Assembly: GCA_024643755.1 (NCBI GenBank)
Contig: JAHEMG010000004.1
Span: 1,599-59,906 of the forward strand
Origin: Flavobacteriales bacterium
GTDB lineage: Bacteria; Bacteroidota; Bacteroidia; NS11-12g; UBA955
Direction of reading: 5' to 3'
DNA: 58,308 bases
Both the position numbers and the translations under genes were made by a program. Positions 10,798 to 20,412 of this stretch are shown here, one piece after another. The notes beneath the pieces were generated by a model. The model had not been told where the DNA came from. It did no database searches and was given only the letters and a program-made list of their open reading frames with translations. Position 1 is the first letter of the stretch. The number at the start of each line of letters is the position of its first letter.

Positions 10798-13127
10798 TAA
10801 AATTCTAAACGATAAAAACCAGAAGGAATAAACACGAATGGCGTTGTGCCTTTCAAACTCAGCTTACCTGAGGTATCTAGCACCCAGCGGGCGTTGATGG
10901 GATTCATAAATCCGAATGCGTTGTACACTTGCAAGCCCCAAAACTCTCTGTAACCGCGGTTGAAATAAGGCTTGATTTCTTTGGTGAATCCAATGTCAAA
11001 TCGCTTATAGCTTGGCATACGATAGTTATTTTTACTGCTAAAGTCATACACCAATTTGTTATCGGTGGTGAGATACTGTCCGGTTGGAACCGTATACACG
11101 TTACCGCTCATCCACATGGCCGACATATTAATGGTTAGCCATGTTTGGGCTTGCCAAGTAAACTGCATTTTGAGTTGGTGAGGGCGATCCCAGCGATAAT
11201 CAAAAGGTTTACCGTCGTTGATAAACTCAAATGTGCGTTCGGTTTTGGAATAAGTATAACTCATCAATCCTGTACCTGAACCTGTTTTTTTGGTAATCAT
11301 CGCTTCAAAGCCTTTGGCGGTTCCTGAACCTTGTACGATACTTCTCTCCCAATAATTTTTCACAAAGGGATCTTCATCAACACCGGTTAAATCGGTTATG
11401 CCATTGAACCATTTGTAATAGGTTTCGGCGGAGAACTCTACCCCTGTAGCCAATGGAAACAAATATGCAACGGATGCTTGGGTAGTTTGTTGTGGCTTGA
11501 AGTTCCCACCGCTTGGGAACCATACATCGCGCGGTAGAACGCCATTGACGCTCGAGAGTTGATGCAATCCTTGGTTGGCCACAGAGAAACCCAACTGAAT
11601 GCGCTTCTTGCCCTCCAATAACTGACTTATAATAATCCTTGGCTCTGGCCTAACATAGGTTTTTTCGGTTGTCACAAATGTCCACAAGCGCATACCCAAG
11701 TTGATCGACAGTCCGATATTTGGATGCAAATCTAACTCGCCGTAGTTGGCCCATTCCAGGATGTTTTGAATATTGGCAACACCAAAGGTGGTGTCTCTTT
11801 TTGCAAGATTGGTTTGCTCTTCGATATGGGTTTGTCCGGGTTTCAACGTGTGAAAGCTCAAATGGCTACCATATCGCACAGTATGTTGGGGAGAATGCAC
11901 ATAGGAAAAATCGCCGTTCACGGTATAATCTGTGATGGAATTCTTCAACTCCTCTACCACTTTTGCTGCCTGTGTATTTCCCCCTTGGGTCACTGTACCG
12001 TCCAGAGAAAACAGGTTACTATATACGTATTTCGAGTATCCAGACGTGATTGACCCAAAGTGATTCGATTTAAATTCATGGGAATATCTTGCCCCTAACT
12101 GGGTATTTTGCCAAGAAGTTAGCCAATCAAAACTCAGGACCACCCTGCGATTTAGCGTATCTATTTCATCGATATTCGACGATAAACCGTATTTATCCCG
12201 GCCGTTATATACCCAAAAATTCCATTGTGAATGTTGATCAACTTTGTAATCAACTCGCGCGTTTATATCGTGGATATTACCTACCAAACCCACTTCCTCT
12301 CCCGCTCCTAGCAACCAATCCAAATAACTCCTTCTAATTCCCAATGAACCCGTTACTTTCCCACGGTGATCCAACGGACCATCCATGGTAACATTGGCCG
12401 TTAATGGGTCAACATGCATTTTGCCTGTCCAATATTTGGCTGATCCCCCATCGGTTTGAATATCAATAATTCCTCCACCGGCCCTACCACCATAGCGAGC
12501 AGGAGCAACACCGCGATAGAAATCCGCCGTTTTCATGACTTCGGCATTGTAGTTTGACAAAAAGCCCCACACGTGACCATTTCCATACAGTGGCAATCCG
12601 TTCATCAACATCAAGTTCTGATCGCCATTGCTACCGCGAACTACTAGGCCCGACAATCCTTCAATACCGCCAGTTACACCTGGTAAGTACTGCAAATATT
12701 TTACAGGATCGCTCACCGATAACACGCTCGGAGATTGTATTATGGCCTTTTTGGTGGTTGAGTAAAAGGATGGCTTGAGGTTGTACAAAGAGAGATATTC
12801 GGTCGCAGAATCCAACTCACCAAAACCCACTGGTCTGAGGAAAAAATTCTTGCTTACCGAAGCTTGAACATCAATCACCACCTTCTGGGGTTTGAATCCG
12901 GGGGCAGCGACGATGATTGTTTTATCGCCTTGTTTGGTACCAAATTGATAATATCCCTGAGCATTCGACTCAACAAAGGCATAAGATGCTGAATCTACGA
13001 TGATGGCTCCGGGAATTGTTTCTAGGGTTTTCTTGTTATACACCCATCCCGTAATCGCCGGAATTTGGCCGTACACAGCGGTTGCACAGATACTGATGAC
13101 GGCTGTTACAATTTTTGAAAAACTCAT
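10797..13127 (-). CDS. TonB-dependent receptor (carboxypeptidase-regulatory-like N-domain, plug, barrel)
   Basis: N-terminal ITGWV...ETIPGA domain; plug motifs LQYLPGV, VRGSNGDQN and PARYGGR; C-terminal Phe. Start placed at MSFSK just after a promoter box. Confidence 0.9.
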   Translation of the reverse strand: MSFSKIVTAVISICATAVYGQIPAITGWVYNKKTLETIPGAIIVDSASYAFVESNAQGYYQFGTKQGDKTIIVAAPGFKPQKVVIDVQASVSKNFFLRPVGFGELDSATEYLSLYNLKPSFYSTTKKAIIQSPSVLSVSDPVKYLQYLPGVTGGIEGLSGLVVRGSNGDQNLMLMNGLPLYGNGHVWGFLSNYNAEVMKTADFYRGVAPARYGGRAGGGIIDIQTDGGSAKYWTGKMHVDPLTANVTMDGPLDHRGKVTGSLGIRRSYLDWLLGAGEEVGLVGNIHDINARVDYKVDQHSQWNFWVYNGRDKYGLSSNIDEIDTLNRRVVLSFDWLTSWQNTQLGARYSHEFKSNHFGSITSGYSKYVYSNLFSLDGTVTQGGNTQAAKVVEELKNSITDYTVNGDFSYVHSPQHTVRYGSHLSFHTLKPGQTHIEEQTNLAKRDTTFGVANIQNILEWANYGELDLHPNIGLSINLGMRLWTFVTTEKTYVRPEPRIIISQLLEGKKRIQLGFSVANQGLHQLSSVNGVLPRDVWFPSGGNFKPQQTTQASVAYLFPLATGVEFSAETYYKWFNGITDLTGVDEDPFVKNYWERSIVQGSGTAKGFEAMITKKTGSGTGLMSYTYSKTERTFEFINDGKPFDYRWDRPHQLKMQFTWQAQTWLTINMSAMWMSGNVYTVPTGQYLTTDNKLVYDFSSKNNYRMPSYKRFDIGFTKEIKPYFNRGYREFWGLQVYNAFGFMNPINARWVLDTSGKLSLKGTTPFVFIPSGFYRLEF

Positions 13128-13132
13128 TCTTA

Positions 13133-13140
13133 CAAAGATA
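13133..13140 (-). promoter_or_regulatory. -7 element for the TonB receptor unit
   Basis: TATCTTTG, 5 nt before ATG 13127. Confidence 0.6.
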
Positions 13141-13141
13141 C

Positions 13142-13519
13142 TCAATTGCTATCGGTTTTGGGATATGATTGCTCCACTTCCACCCCGTGTGCTTGTGCTA
13201 AAACACCCCTACTTTGAATTTGCGGCTTTCGCACGCTCACCCAAATGGAAATGAGCCCATTGGGGGAATGCTGTTCAATGTGATTCAATATGTTCTCGGC
13301 AAACGTTTCCAACAGTTTCACTGGCGTTGAAGAAAGTGTCAAAATCCATTCGGTTAATTGTCCGTAATCTATGGTATTGTTCAGATCATCGGCTAAAAGC
13401 GTTGAATTCAATTTCACCTTCACACTCACAAAAAGGGTTACCTTGTTGGATTGCTCCTCATCATACCACCCAATTGGCGCATGGATTTGTAATTTGTCAA
13501 TAAAAATGGTTGTTAACAT
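13142..13519 (-). CDS. folB: Dihydroneopterin aldolase
   Basis: 125 aa with IGWYDEEQ, DLNNTIDY, LLETFAE and VRKP motifs. Confidence 0.88.
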   Translation of the reverse strand: MLTTIFIDKLQIHAPIGWYDEEQSNKVTLFVSVKVKLNSTLLADDLNNTIDYGQLTEWILTLSSTPVKLLETFAENILNHIEQHSPNGLISIWVSVRKPQIQSRGVLAQAHGVEVEQSYPKTDSN

Positions 13520-13560
13520 AAACTTGCGCTAAAAATTCCATGCAAAGAAAACAACTATGT

Positions 13561-13568
13561 TACATTTG
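13561..13568 (+). promoter_or_regulatory. -7 element for the acyl-CoA dehydrogenase unit
   Basis: TACATTTG, 15 nt before ATG 13584. Confidence 0.6.
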
Positions 13569-13583
13569 TAACAGATAACTTCT

Positions 13584-14801
13584 ATGAGTTCACAAGAAAT
13601 TTCAGCATTGCTTGCAGCCAACCAAGGGAAAGATCGCTACACTGCCCCTGATTTTTATGCAATAGACGATTTACTATCCGAGGAGCAAAAACTGATTCGC
13701 TCATCGGTAAGGGAATATGTGAAGCGTGAATTAAGTCCCATCATTGAGCACTTTGCACAAAACGCAGAATTCCCCAGGCACATTGTGAAGCAATTGGGTG
13801 AAATTGGCGCTTTCGGACCACAATTACCCATAGAATACGGTTGTGGAGGGATGGATTATACCACCTACGGCATCATCATGCAGGAATTGGAGCGATGCGA
13901 TAGCGGCGTCCGTTCAACCGCATCGGTACAGGGCTCGTTGGTGATGTACCCCATTTTTAAATTTGGCAGCGAAGCGCAAAAACAGAAATACTTGCCCAAA
14001 TTGGCTTCAGGCGATTGGTTGGGATGTTTTGGACTTACTGAGCCTGATCATGGCTCTAACCCAGCCGGAATGACGACCCACTTTGAGGACAAAGGGGATC
14101 ATTACTTGTTGAACGGCGCTAAAATGTGGATCAGCAATGCCCCATTTGCCGATGTGGCCGTGGTATGGGCAAAGAATGAAGCAGGCATCGTACACGGTTT
14201 GATCGTAGAGCGTGGGATGGAAGGTTTTTCAACGCCAACCACACACAATAAATGGAGTTTACGGGCGAGTTGTACAGGAGAATTGGTGTTTGACAACGTG
14301 AAAGTCCCCAAGGAAAATCTACTCCCCGGCGTAACAGGACTAAAAGGTCCTTTAACTTGTTTGAATTCTGCGCGATATGGTATCAGTTGGGGCGCTTTGG
14401 GTGCAGCAATGGATTGCTACGATACGGCCCAACGCTATGCGAAGGAACGCATCCAATTCGGCCGTCCTATAGGAGGATTCCAACTCCAACAGAAGAAATT
14501 GGCAGAGATGCTCACAGAAATCACCAAAGCACAATTGTTGGTGTGGAGATTGGGACAGCTGATGGACAAAGGATTGGCAACGCCAGCACAAATTTCTATG
14601 GCGAAGCGGAACAACGTAGAAATCGCCCTGAATGTAGCCCGTGAAGCACGTCAAATGCTCGGCGGAATGGGTATCACGGGTGAATTCCCCATCATGCGCC
14701 ACATGATGAATTTGGAGTCGGTGGTTACTTATGAAGGTACGCACGACATACATTTGTTGATTTTGGGCATGGAGATTACTGGAGAAAACGCTTTTGTATA
14801 A
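13584..14801 (+). CDS. gcdH: Glutaryl-CoA dehydrogenase-like acyl-CoA dehydrogenase
   Basis: ERCDSGVRSTASVQGSLVM, GCFGLTEPDHGS, AKMWISN and the C-terminal TYEGTHDIH motif of glutaryl-CoA dehydrogenases. Confidence 0.88.
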   Translation: MSSQEISALLAANQGKDRYTAPDFYAIDDLLSEEQKLIRSSVREYVKRELSPIIEHFAQNAEFPRHIVKQLGEIGAFGPQLPIEYGCGGMDYTTYGIIMQELERCDSGVRSTASVQGSLVMYPIFKFGSEAQKQKYLPKLASGDWLGCFGLTEPDHGSNPAGMTTHFEDKGDHYLLNGAKMWISNAPFADVAVVWAKNEAGIVHGLIVERGMEGFSTPTTHNKWSLRASCTGELVFDNVKVPKENLLPGVTGLKGPLTCLNSARYGISWGALGAAMDCYDTAQRYAKERIQFGRPIGGFQLQQKKLAEMLTEITKAQLLVWRLGQLMDKGLATPAQISMAKRNNVEIALNVAREARQMLGGMGITGEFPIMRHMMNLESVVTYEGTHDIHLLILGMEITGENAFV

Positions 14802-14816
14802 TTGATGAATAAGACT

Positions 14817-16217
14817 ATGTATCAAATAAAATTTGGAACGGATGGATGGCGCGAAATCATTGCTGATGAGTTCACTGTCGCCAATGTGAGACGTGTGGCC
14901 GAAGCCACTGCAACCTGGTTGAACCAAAGTGATTTACCTCAGAGTTGCGTTGTTGGATATGACTGTAGATTTGGTGGGGAGATGTTTGCGAAAGAAACGG
15001 CCCGACAGCTTGCCTCTAAGGGTATCAAAGTGATTATCTCACAGGGGTTTGTTTCAACGCCAATGATTTCTTTGGCTGCCAATCAATTGCAAACTGGCGC
15101 AGGAATCATTTTGACCGCAAGTCACAATCCACCCACTTACAATGGATATAAAATCAAAGCGAATTATGGCGGTCCCGCGATTCCCTCTGAGGTAAGCAAA
15201 GTGGAACTGTTGATTGCTGATCACACGGTAGACGCTGGCAACACTTTTGAATCGTACTTATCCGATGGAATGATATCCTACGGCGACTTTGAAACCATGT
15301 ATTACAACCATTGTTTGAATAGTTTCGATATGCAGGCCTTGGATTCTGTATCATCAGGACTGGTTTACGATGCGATGTATGGCGCTGGACAATCAATCGT
15401 AAAGCGATTGTTACCCAAAGCCACGATATTACATGGCAATCACAACCCTGGCTTTGAGGGTCGTGCTCCAGAGCCCATTTTGAAAAACTTGCCTGAAATA
15501 GGTCCATTGATCGCCTCAAACAGCAATTTTTCCTGCGGATTGGCCACTGATGGTGATGCCGATCGCATCGGTTGGTTCGATGAATTAGGCAATTTTGTAG
15601 ATTCTCACCACTTGATTTTATTGCTGATTGAATACCTGACTACTTACAAAGGATATACCGGCAAAGTGGTTAAGAGCTTCTCAGTGAGCGATAAAGTTCA
15701 GAAGCTTTGCGACCTCAAGGGATTGGAGGCCATCACCACCAAAATTGGTTTCAAATATATCTGCGAATACATGGTAACTGAGGATGTATTGATTGGCGCT
15801 GAGGAAAGCGGTGGAATTGCCATCAAAGGACATATTCCAGAACGCGATGGGGTTTGGATGGGATTGGTCTTGATGGAATACATGGCAAAAACCGGAAAAT
15901 CAATTTCAGAGCTTATCAAAGACCTATATGCCAAGGTAGGTTCATTTGCCGTTGAACGATACGACCTACACTTAACCAATGAGTTGAAGGAATCAATCAT
16001 TAGCAACTGTAAATCTGGTAGTTATAAAAATTTCGGAACATATACAGTTGTTGGAATGGAGGATGTTGACGGATTTAAATTCAGATTGGAAGATGGATCT
16101 TGGGTGATGATTAGACCAAGTGGAACAGAACCAGTACTGAGGGTTTATTCAGAGTCATCTAGTTCCGCTGCTGCGTTTGCGATATTAGACGCTACAAAAG
16201 CCACCATTCTTTCTTGA
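14817..16217 (+). CDS. Phosphoglucomutase/phosphomannomutase family protein
   Basis: KFGTDGWR, catalytic TASHNP, metal loop DGDADR, EESGG and RPSGTEP. The start could be 14805. Confidence 0.95.
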   Translation: MYQIKFGTDGWREIIADEFTVANVRRVAEATATWLNQSDLPQSCVVGYDCRFGGEMFAKETARQLASKGIKVIISQGFVSTPMISLAANQLQTGAGIILTASHNPPTYNGYKIKANYGGPAIPSEVSKVELLIADHTVDAGNTFESYLSDGMISYGDFETMYYNHCLNSFDMQALDSVSSGLVYDAMYGAGQSIVKRLLPKATILHGNHNPGFEGRAPEPILKNLPEIGPLIASNSNFSCGLATDGDADRIGWFDELGNFVDSHHLILLLIEYLTTYKGYTGKVVKSFSVSDKVQKLCDLKGLEAITTKIGFKYICEYMVTEDVLIGAEESGGIAIKGHIPERDGVWMGLVLMEYMAKTGKSISELIKDLYAKVGSFAVERYDLHLTNELKESIISNCKSGSYKNFGTYTVVGMEDVDGFKFRLEDGSWVMIRPSGTEPVLRVYSESSSSAAAFAILDATKATILS

Positions 16218-16220
16218 GCA

Positions 16221-17066
16221 ATGGAAGTTTCAAAACCATTACAAGTCAGTATCAAAGAGGTAATCGCCAGTAAAAACGCGAACTTATTGCGTTGGTTACC
16301 TACATTTCTAATCAAGTGGCTTGAAGGTTTTGTGCATCAAGATGAGTTGAATTATATCTTAGACAAATACAATGGTTTTGACGGACGTGAATTCGCCATC
16401 AAAGCCATTGAAGAAATGGGCAGTTCGGTTGAAACCATCAACGACCAAGCGATTCCATTGGATGGTCCTACCCTGTTTGTCGCCAACCATCCAATGGCTG
16501 GTATGGATGCATTGTGTTTGTTTGCTGAAGTCGGAAAGAAACGATCTGCCTTACACATCATCGCCAACGACGTATTGGCCCACATCCCTCAATTCAAAGG
16601 GTATTTCATCCCAGTCAACAAATTTGGTAAGTCCGCGAAGGATTCCATGATACGTGTGGATCAGGCCTATGCAGAAAAGGAAGCCATGATCGTGTTCCCA
16701 GCCGGCTTGTGCTCACGAAAAATAGATGGGAAAATCGTTGACTTGGATTGGCAAAAGAGCTTTTTGACCAAAGCCGTACAGTATGGATATAACATTGTCC
16801 CAGTTCATGTAAACGGCGCCAATTCAAATAGGTTCTATCGCATCGCCAATTGGCGAAAGTTCTTGAAGATTAAATTCAACATTGAAATGATGACCTTGGC
16901 GGATGAATTGTTCAAGAAAAAAGGACAAACGGTGCGATTGACATTTGGACAACCTATTCCGGCCAGTATATTCAACAAAAAGAATTTGTTCGCTGAAGCT
17001 CAGCAATTGAAGGACTTCGTTTATCTGCTAGAGTCTAATCCGAATGCCACATTTACCCTTCGTTGA
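16221..17066 (+). CDS. PlsC-family O-acyltransferase (GlsA/OlsA-like amino-lipid synthesis)
   Basis: VANHPMAGMD and VFPAG acyltransferase blocks; adjacent to a GNAT N-acyltransferase. Confidence 0.8.
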   Translation: MEVSKPLQVSIKEVIASKNANLLRWLPTFLIKWLEGFVHQDELNYILDKYNGFDGREFAIKAIEEMGSSVETINDQAIPLDGPTLFVANHPMAGMDALCLFAEVGKKRSALHIIANDVLAHIPQFKGYFIPVNKFGKSAKDSMIRVDQAYAEKEAMIVFPAGLCSRKIDGKIVDLDWQKSFLTKAVQYGYNIVPVHVNGANSNRFYRIANWRKFLKIKFNIEMMTLADELFKKKGQTVRLTFGQPIPASIFNKKNLFAEAQQLKDFVYLLESNPNATFTLR

Positions 17067-17102
17067 GGTGAGTGTTTAAGAGTTTTTTACTATTTTTACC
17101 CC

Positions 17103-18068
17103 ATGAGTGCGCAAGCCATGAATGAAAAAGTCATTGACCCAATCGATTCATCCCTGCTCTTGGAAGAGCTAACAAAGGACATCTTCGTTCGTCCTACAAA
17201 CAATGCTTCCAATGAGATATACATTTTCAAAGGGGACGAAAAACCCAATTTGATGAAAGAAGTTGGCAGGCTGCGCGAGGTTACTTTTCGTGCTGCAGGG
17301 GGTGGAACTGGTAAGTCTATCGATGTGGATGAATTTGATGGAGGCCCCTACTCATATAGCCAGCTGATTGTTTGGGATCCTACAGAAAAAGCCATCGTTG
17401 GCGGTTATCGCATCGTATTGTGTAAAGACACTTTGGATTCAAACGGACATTTCCATTTGTCGACAACAGAAATTTTCGATTTTTCGCAAAAACTCAAGAC
17501 TGATTACTTCCCCCATACCATTGAGCTGGGTAGAAGTTTTGTTCAACCCGATTTCCAGCCAAGCGCAGGCAGTAGAAAAGGATTGTTCTCCCTTGATAAC
17601 TTATGGGATGGACTTGGCGCTCTTGTGGCTATGCATCCAGAAATGAAGTATTTCTTTGGCAAAATCACGATGTACACAGATTTTAATCGTGAAGCTAGAG
17701 ATACCATTTTGCGATTCATGCATCATTACTTTCCGGATAACGAGCACTTGGTATCGATACAATCTCCCATTAAATTGGAATATGATTGCGCAGATTTCTT
17801 GGGCAAATTAGAGGGGCTTGACTATAAGGAAGGACACAAGCTACTCAATACGCGAGTAAGGGAGTTGGGAGAAAACATCCCCCCGCTGTTCAATAATTAC
17901 ATGAATTTGAGCGCCACCATGAAAACCTTTGGCACGGCGGTCAACAACCATTTTGGCGACTCGGAAGAGACCGGAATCATGGTAACCATTGCCGATATTT
18001 TCCAACCCAAAATTGATCGGTACGTTCTGCCCTATTTGGACTATTTGAAATCTCAGCCTACAAAGTAA
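17103..18068 (+). CDS. GNAT N-acyltransferase (GlsB/OlsB-like, often annotated as hemolysin)
   Basis: EVGRLREVTFRAAGGG, DVDEFD, IVGGYR, IELGRSFV and IPPLFNNY motifs. Confidence 0.85.
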   Translation: MSAQAMNEKVIDPIDSSLLLEELTKDIFVRPTNNASNEIYIFKGDEKPNLMKEVGRLREVTFRAAGGGTGKSIDVDEFDGGPYSYSQLIVWDPTEKAIVGGYRIVLCKDTLDSNGHFHLSTTEIFDFSQKLKTDYFPHTIELGRSFVQPDFQPSAGSRKGLFSLDNLWDGLGALVAMHPEMKYFFGKITMYTDFNREARDTILRFMHHYFPDNEHLVSIQSPIKLEYDCADFLGKLEGLDYKEGHKLLNTRVRELGENIPPLFNNYMNLSATMKTFGTAVNNHFGDSEETGIMVTIADIFQPKIDRYVLPYLDYLKSQPTK

Positions 18069-18085
18069 ACCAAGGCCTCATCGCC

Positions 18086-20371
18086 TTATTTGACTATCGA
18101 AAAGCCCTGGCCGATCCCATTAGCTTGTGGGATTTTGCAGTGGTAAATTCCGGACGGTAACGCTGACAAGTCTATGCTGTTTGATTCTCCAGTTTTGCCT
18201 GTGGCCACAGTTTGTCCCAAAGCGTTCAATACCCAAACCATTTGCTCATTATCGGGATGCTTGTAATCTACAACAATTAAATTTCCGGCATCATCGATCC
18301 AATGCAACCAACCTTTAATAAATGCATCGCGATTTGAATTTCCAGCGTATTTGTCGATAATCTTGAGCGTTTCATACGCGTCGATTTTACCATAACCCGA
18401 ATTCCCATTGGAGTCTTGGGTTGTATATTGGTCTTTCCGAGCGGTTAATCGCCACAAATTGCGAATTTCCAGGGGTGTAAGCCATTCATTTGCTTGCAAA
18501 TACAGCGCTACAATGCCTGCCACATGGGGAGATGCCATCGACGTCCCAGAAAACATCGCCCAGTAAACATCTTGTCCGCGAAAGGATGATTTATGAACGA
18601 TTTCATTGTTCAACCAACCAGGAACTTGCCTACGATGCAGTGCGGAAGCAATCATTTGTCCGGGCGCAATCACATCCGGCTTAATTCGCCCATTGGGATA
18701 CCCGATGGTTTTGGGCATTGGACCACGGCTACTGAAACCAGCGATGTCGCCCACCGTATTCCAAGGCTGATTGAAATACTCTCCTTTGTAGTTAAACCAT
18801 TGATTTCTATTGATATAAGCCCCAGCAGTTAAGGTATGTGTTCCAGAACCACCATTTTCACCTACCGACCCCTCTGCGACACCTGCAATGTGTTTCTTTC
18901 CAAATGCTACGCCCTTATGTCCCTGATAAAAATGTCCCGACGTCCAACGATACGCTTGTCCCGAATTCCAGCCATGCACTTCCCCAGTGCTTGTGAGTCC
19001 GATCTGGATATAGGCAGACTGCGGCTTGTTGTGTTCAATGATATACAACAAATTGGGTTTATTGTTGAAGGGATAAATTTGTTCGGTGGCGATGATCCAG
19101 AGCGTGTCGGTACCAGCGATGTATGATTTTTTATAGGTGCCACAGTTAACACAATCACCGGCAATATTCCATGGCGATGCAATCAATGTCCTGCCTGTCG
19201 TGTCTACCAAGGATATCTGAACACTTAATTTATCGCCTACACCACCCCAGAGATCGGTAAGGATGTTTTCATGGGGATGATTGTTTCTGTTGTTATCTGT
19301 GGCGATGCTGTAGACGGTATCCCCTTTCGTTTCTGCATAAATGTGCATTTGATTTCTACCATCATTTCCTGCAGCGCCTACAATAATCCGACCTCCGCCG
19401 ACCATAGATTTTACTGAGCGATCAAATAATGAGGTACCATCGTGGGGACCCGTATGCATACCCCAACTCAAATTACAGACGGCCGGCATTCCGAGTTGTT
19501 CCCCCAATTTGAAAATGTAATTATAACCGTCTAGTATGGTTGGATTTGCAACAACATAGTCGCCTAGTCCGCTACCCTGCAGGGTATCATTGGCATACTT
19601 GATTCCCACAAACGCAAGTTTTGATTCGGGTGCCATTCCACGGTATTTCAAACCTGGCGAGGCAAAACCAGAACCTGCTGCAATGCCCGCTACATGTGTT
19701 CCATGTGAACCATCATCGTCAATGGCCGATAATATTGACTGTGAATCGGCATATTCTGTACCGTAGGTAAAACCCGTTGGTGATTGTCCGTTTTTTTGTT
19801 GATTCCAAAACCGCAAAACCCTATAGTCATTGCCTTGGCTATTGAAAAATGTGGGGTGGTCGGTCTGAAAACCAATATCAACCACACCAACCAATACCCC
19901 ATTCCCAGTATAATTTTGACTGAGTTGATGTTGTAACCCATTTTCAGCGAGATCCACGCGACTATGAACTCTGGCGGTATCATTGAGTGGATGAGCCCTG
20001 TTGATTGAAGCAGATACGTCTAAATAGAGCAGTCCGGGTTGTTCAATCAGCGATGACCAATCATTGGCATTGAAACGAATGTGAAGCAATTTCGCGTTGG
20101 GCAATTGAGCATCGGCAATTTCCGATAAAATTTCAACTTGATTGGGCATGGAGAAAGATTCATCAACCAACAATTGGGCATGGTATTTACCATCAAATTG
20201 AGGAACGAGTACTTGCCTTAATGCTGAATTTTGGAACAGTTGCGATGAGGGACTCAATATTTGACTTTTCGCTGTAGGATTCGCAGTATTGGTCATCAAT
20301 TGTCCAACAGCACCCGTTGAAACCAAACAAAAAGCGATCAACAGAAAAGGCAACTTGTATATTTTTCCCAT
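18086..20371 (-). CDS. Subtilisin-like S8 serine protease with a T9SS C-terminal sorting domain
   Basis: Catalytic triad VGVVDIG, HGTHVAGIAAG and GTSMASPHVAG, oxyanion AAGNDG; the C-terminus VLNALGQ...IDLSALPSGIY...FSIVK fits a type A CTD. Start placed at MGKIY. Confidence 0.93.
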   Translation of the reverse strand: MGKIYKLPFLLIAFCLVSTGAVGQLMTNTANPTAKSQILSPSSQLFQNSALRQVLVPQFDGKYHAQLLVDESFSMPNQVEILSEIADAQLPNAKLLHIRFNANDWSSLIEQPGLLYLDVSASINRAHPLNDTARVHSRVDLAENGLQHQLSQNYTGNGVLVGVVDIGFQTDHPTFFNSQGNDYRVLRFWNQQKNGQSPTGFTYGTEYADSQSILSAIDDDGSHGTHVAGIAAGSGFASPGLKYRGMAPESKLAFVGIKYANDTLQGSGLGDYVVANPTILDGYNYIFKLGEQLGMPAVCNLSWGMHTGPHDGTSLFDRSVKSMVGGGRIIVGAAGNDGRNQMHIYAETKGDTVYSIATDNNRNNHPHENILTDLWGGVGDKLSVQISLVDTTGRTLIASPWNIAGDCVNCGTYKKSYIAGTDTLWIIATEQIYPFNNKPNLLYIIEHNKPQSAYIQIGLTSTGEVHGWNSGQAYRWTSGHFYQGHKGVAFGKKHIAGVAEGSVGENGGSGTHTLTAGAYINRNQWFNYKGEYFNQPWNTVGDIAGFSSRGPMPKTIGYPNGRIKPDVIAPGQMIASALHRRQVPGWLNNEIVHKSSFRGQDVYWAMFSGTSMASPHVAGIVALYLQANEWLTPLEIRNLWRLTARKDQYTTQDSNGNSGYGKIDAYETLKIIDKYAGNSNRDAFIKGWLHWIDDAGNLIVVDYKHPDNEQMVWVLNALGQTVATGKTGESNSIDLSALPSGIYHCKIPQANGIGQGFSIVK

Positions 20372-20377
20372 ACAAAA

Positions 20378-20385
20378 CAAAGGTA
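20378..20385 (-). promoter_or_regulatory. -7 element for the S8 protease
   Basis: TACCTTTG, 6 nt before ATG 20371. Confidence 0.65.
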
Positions 20386-20399
20386 CTTGAGTTTGATAT

Positions 20400-20407
20400 T
20401 AAATTTG
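20400..20407 (+). promoter_or_regulatory. -7 element for tcdA
   Basis: TAAATTTG, 5 nt before ATG 20413. Confidence 0.65.
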
Positions 20408-20412
20408 CAGGT

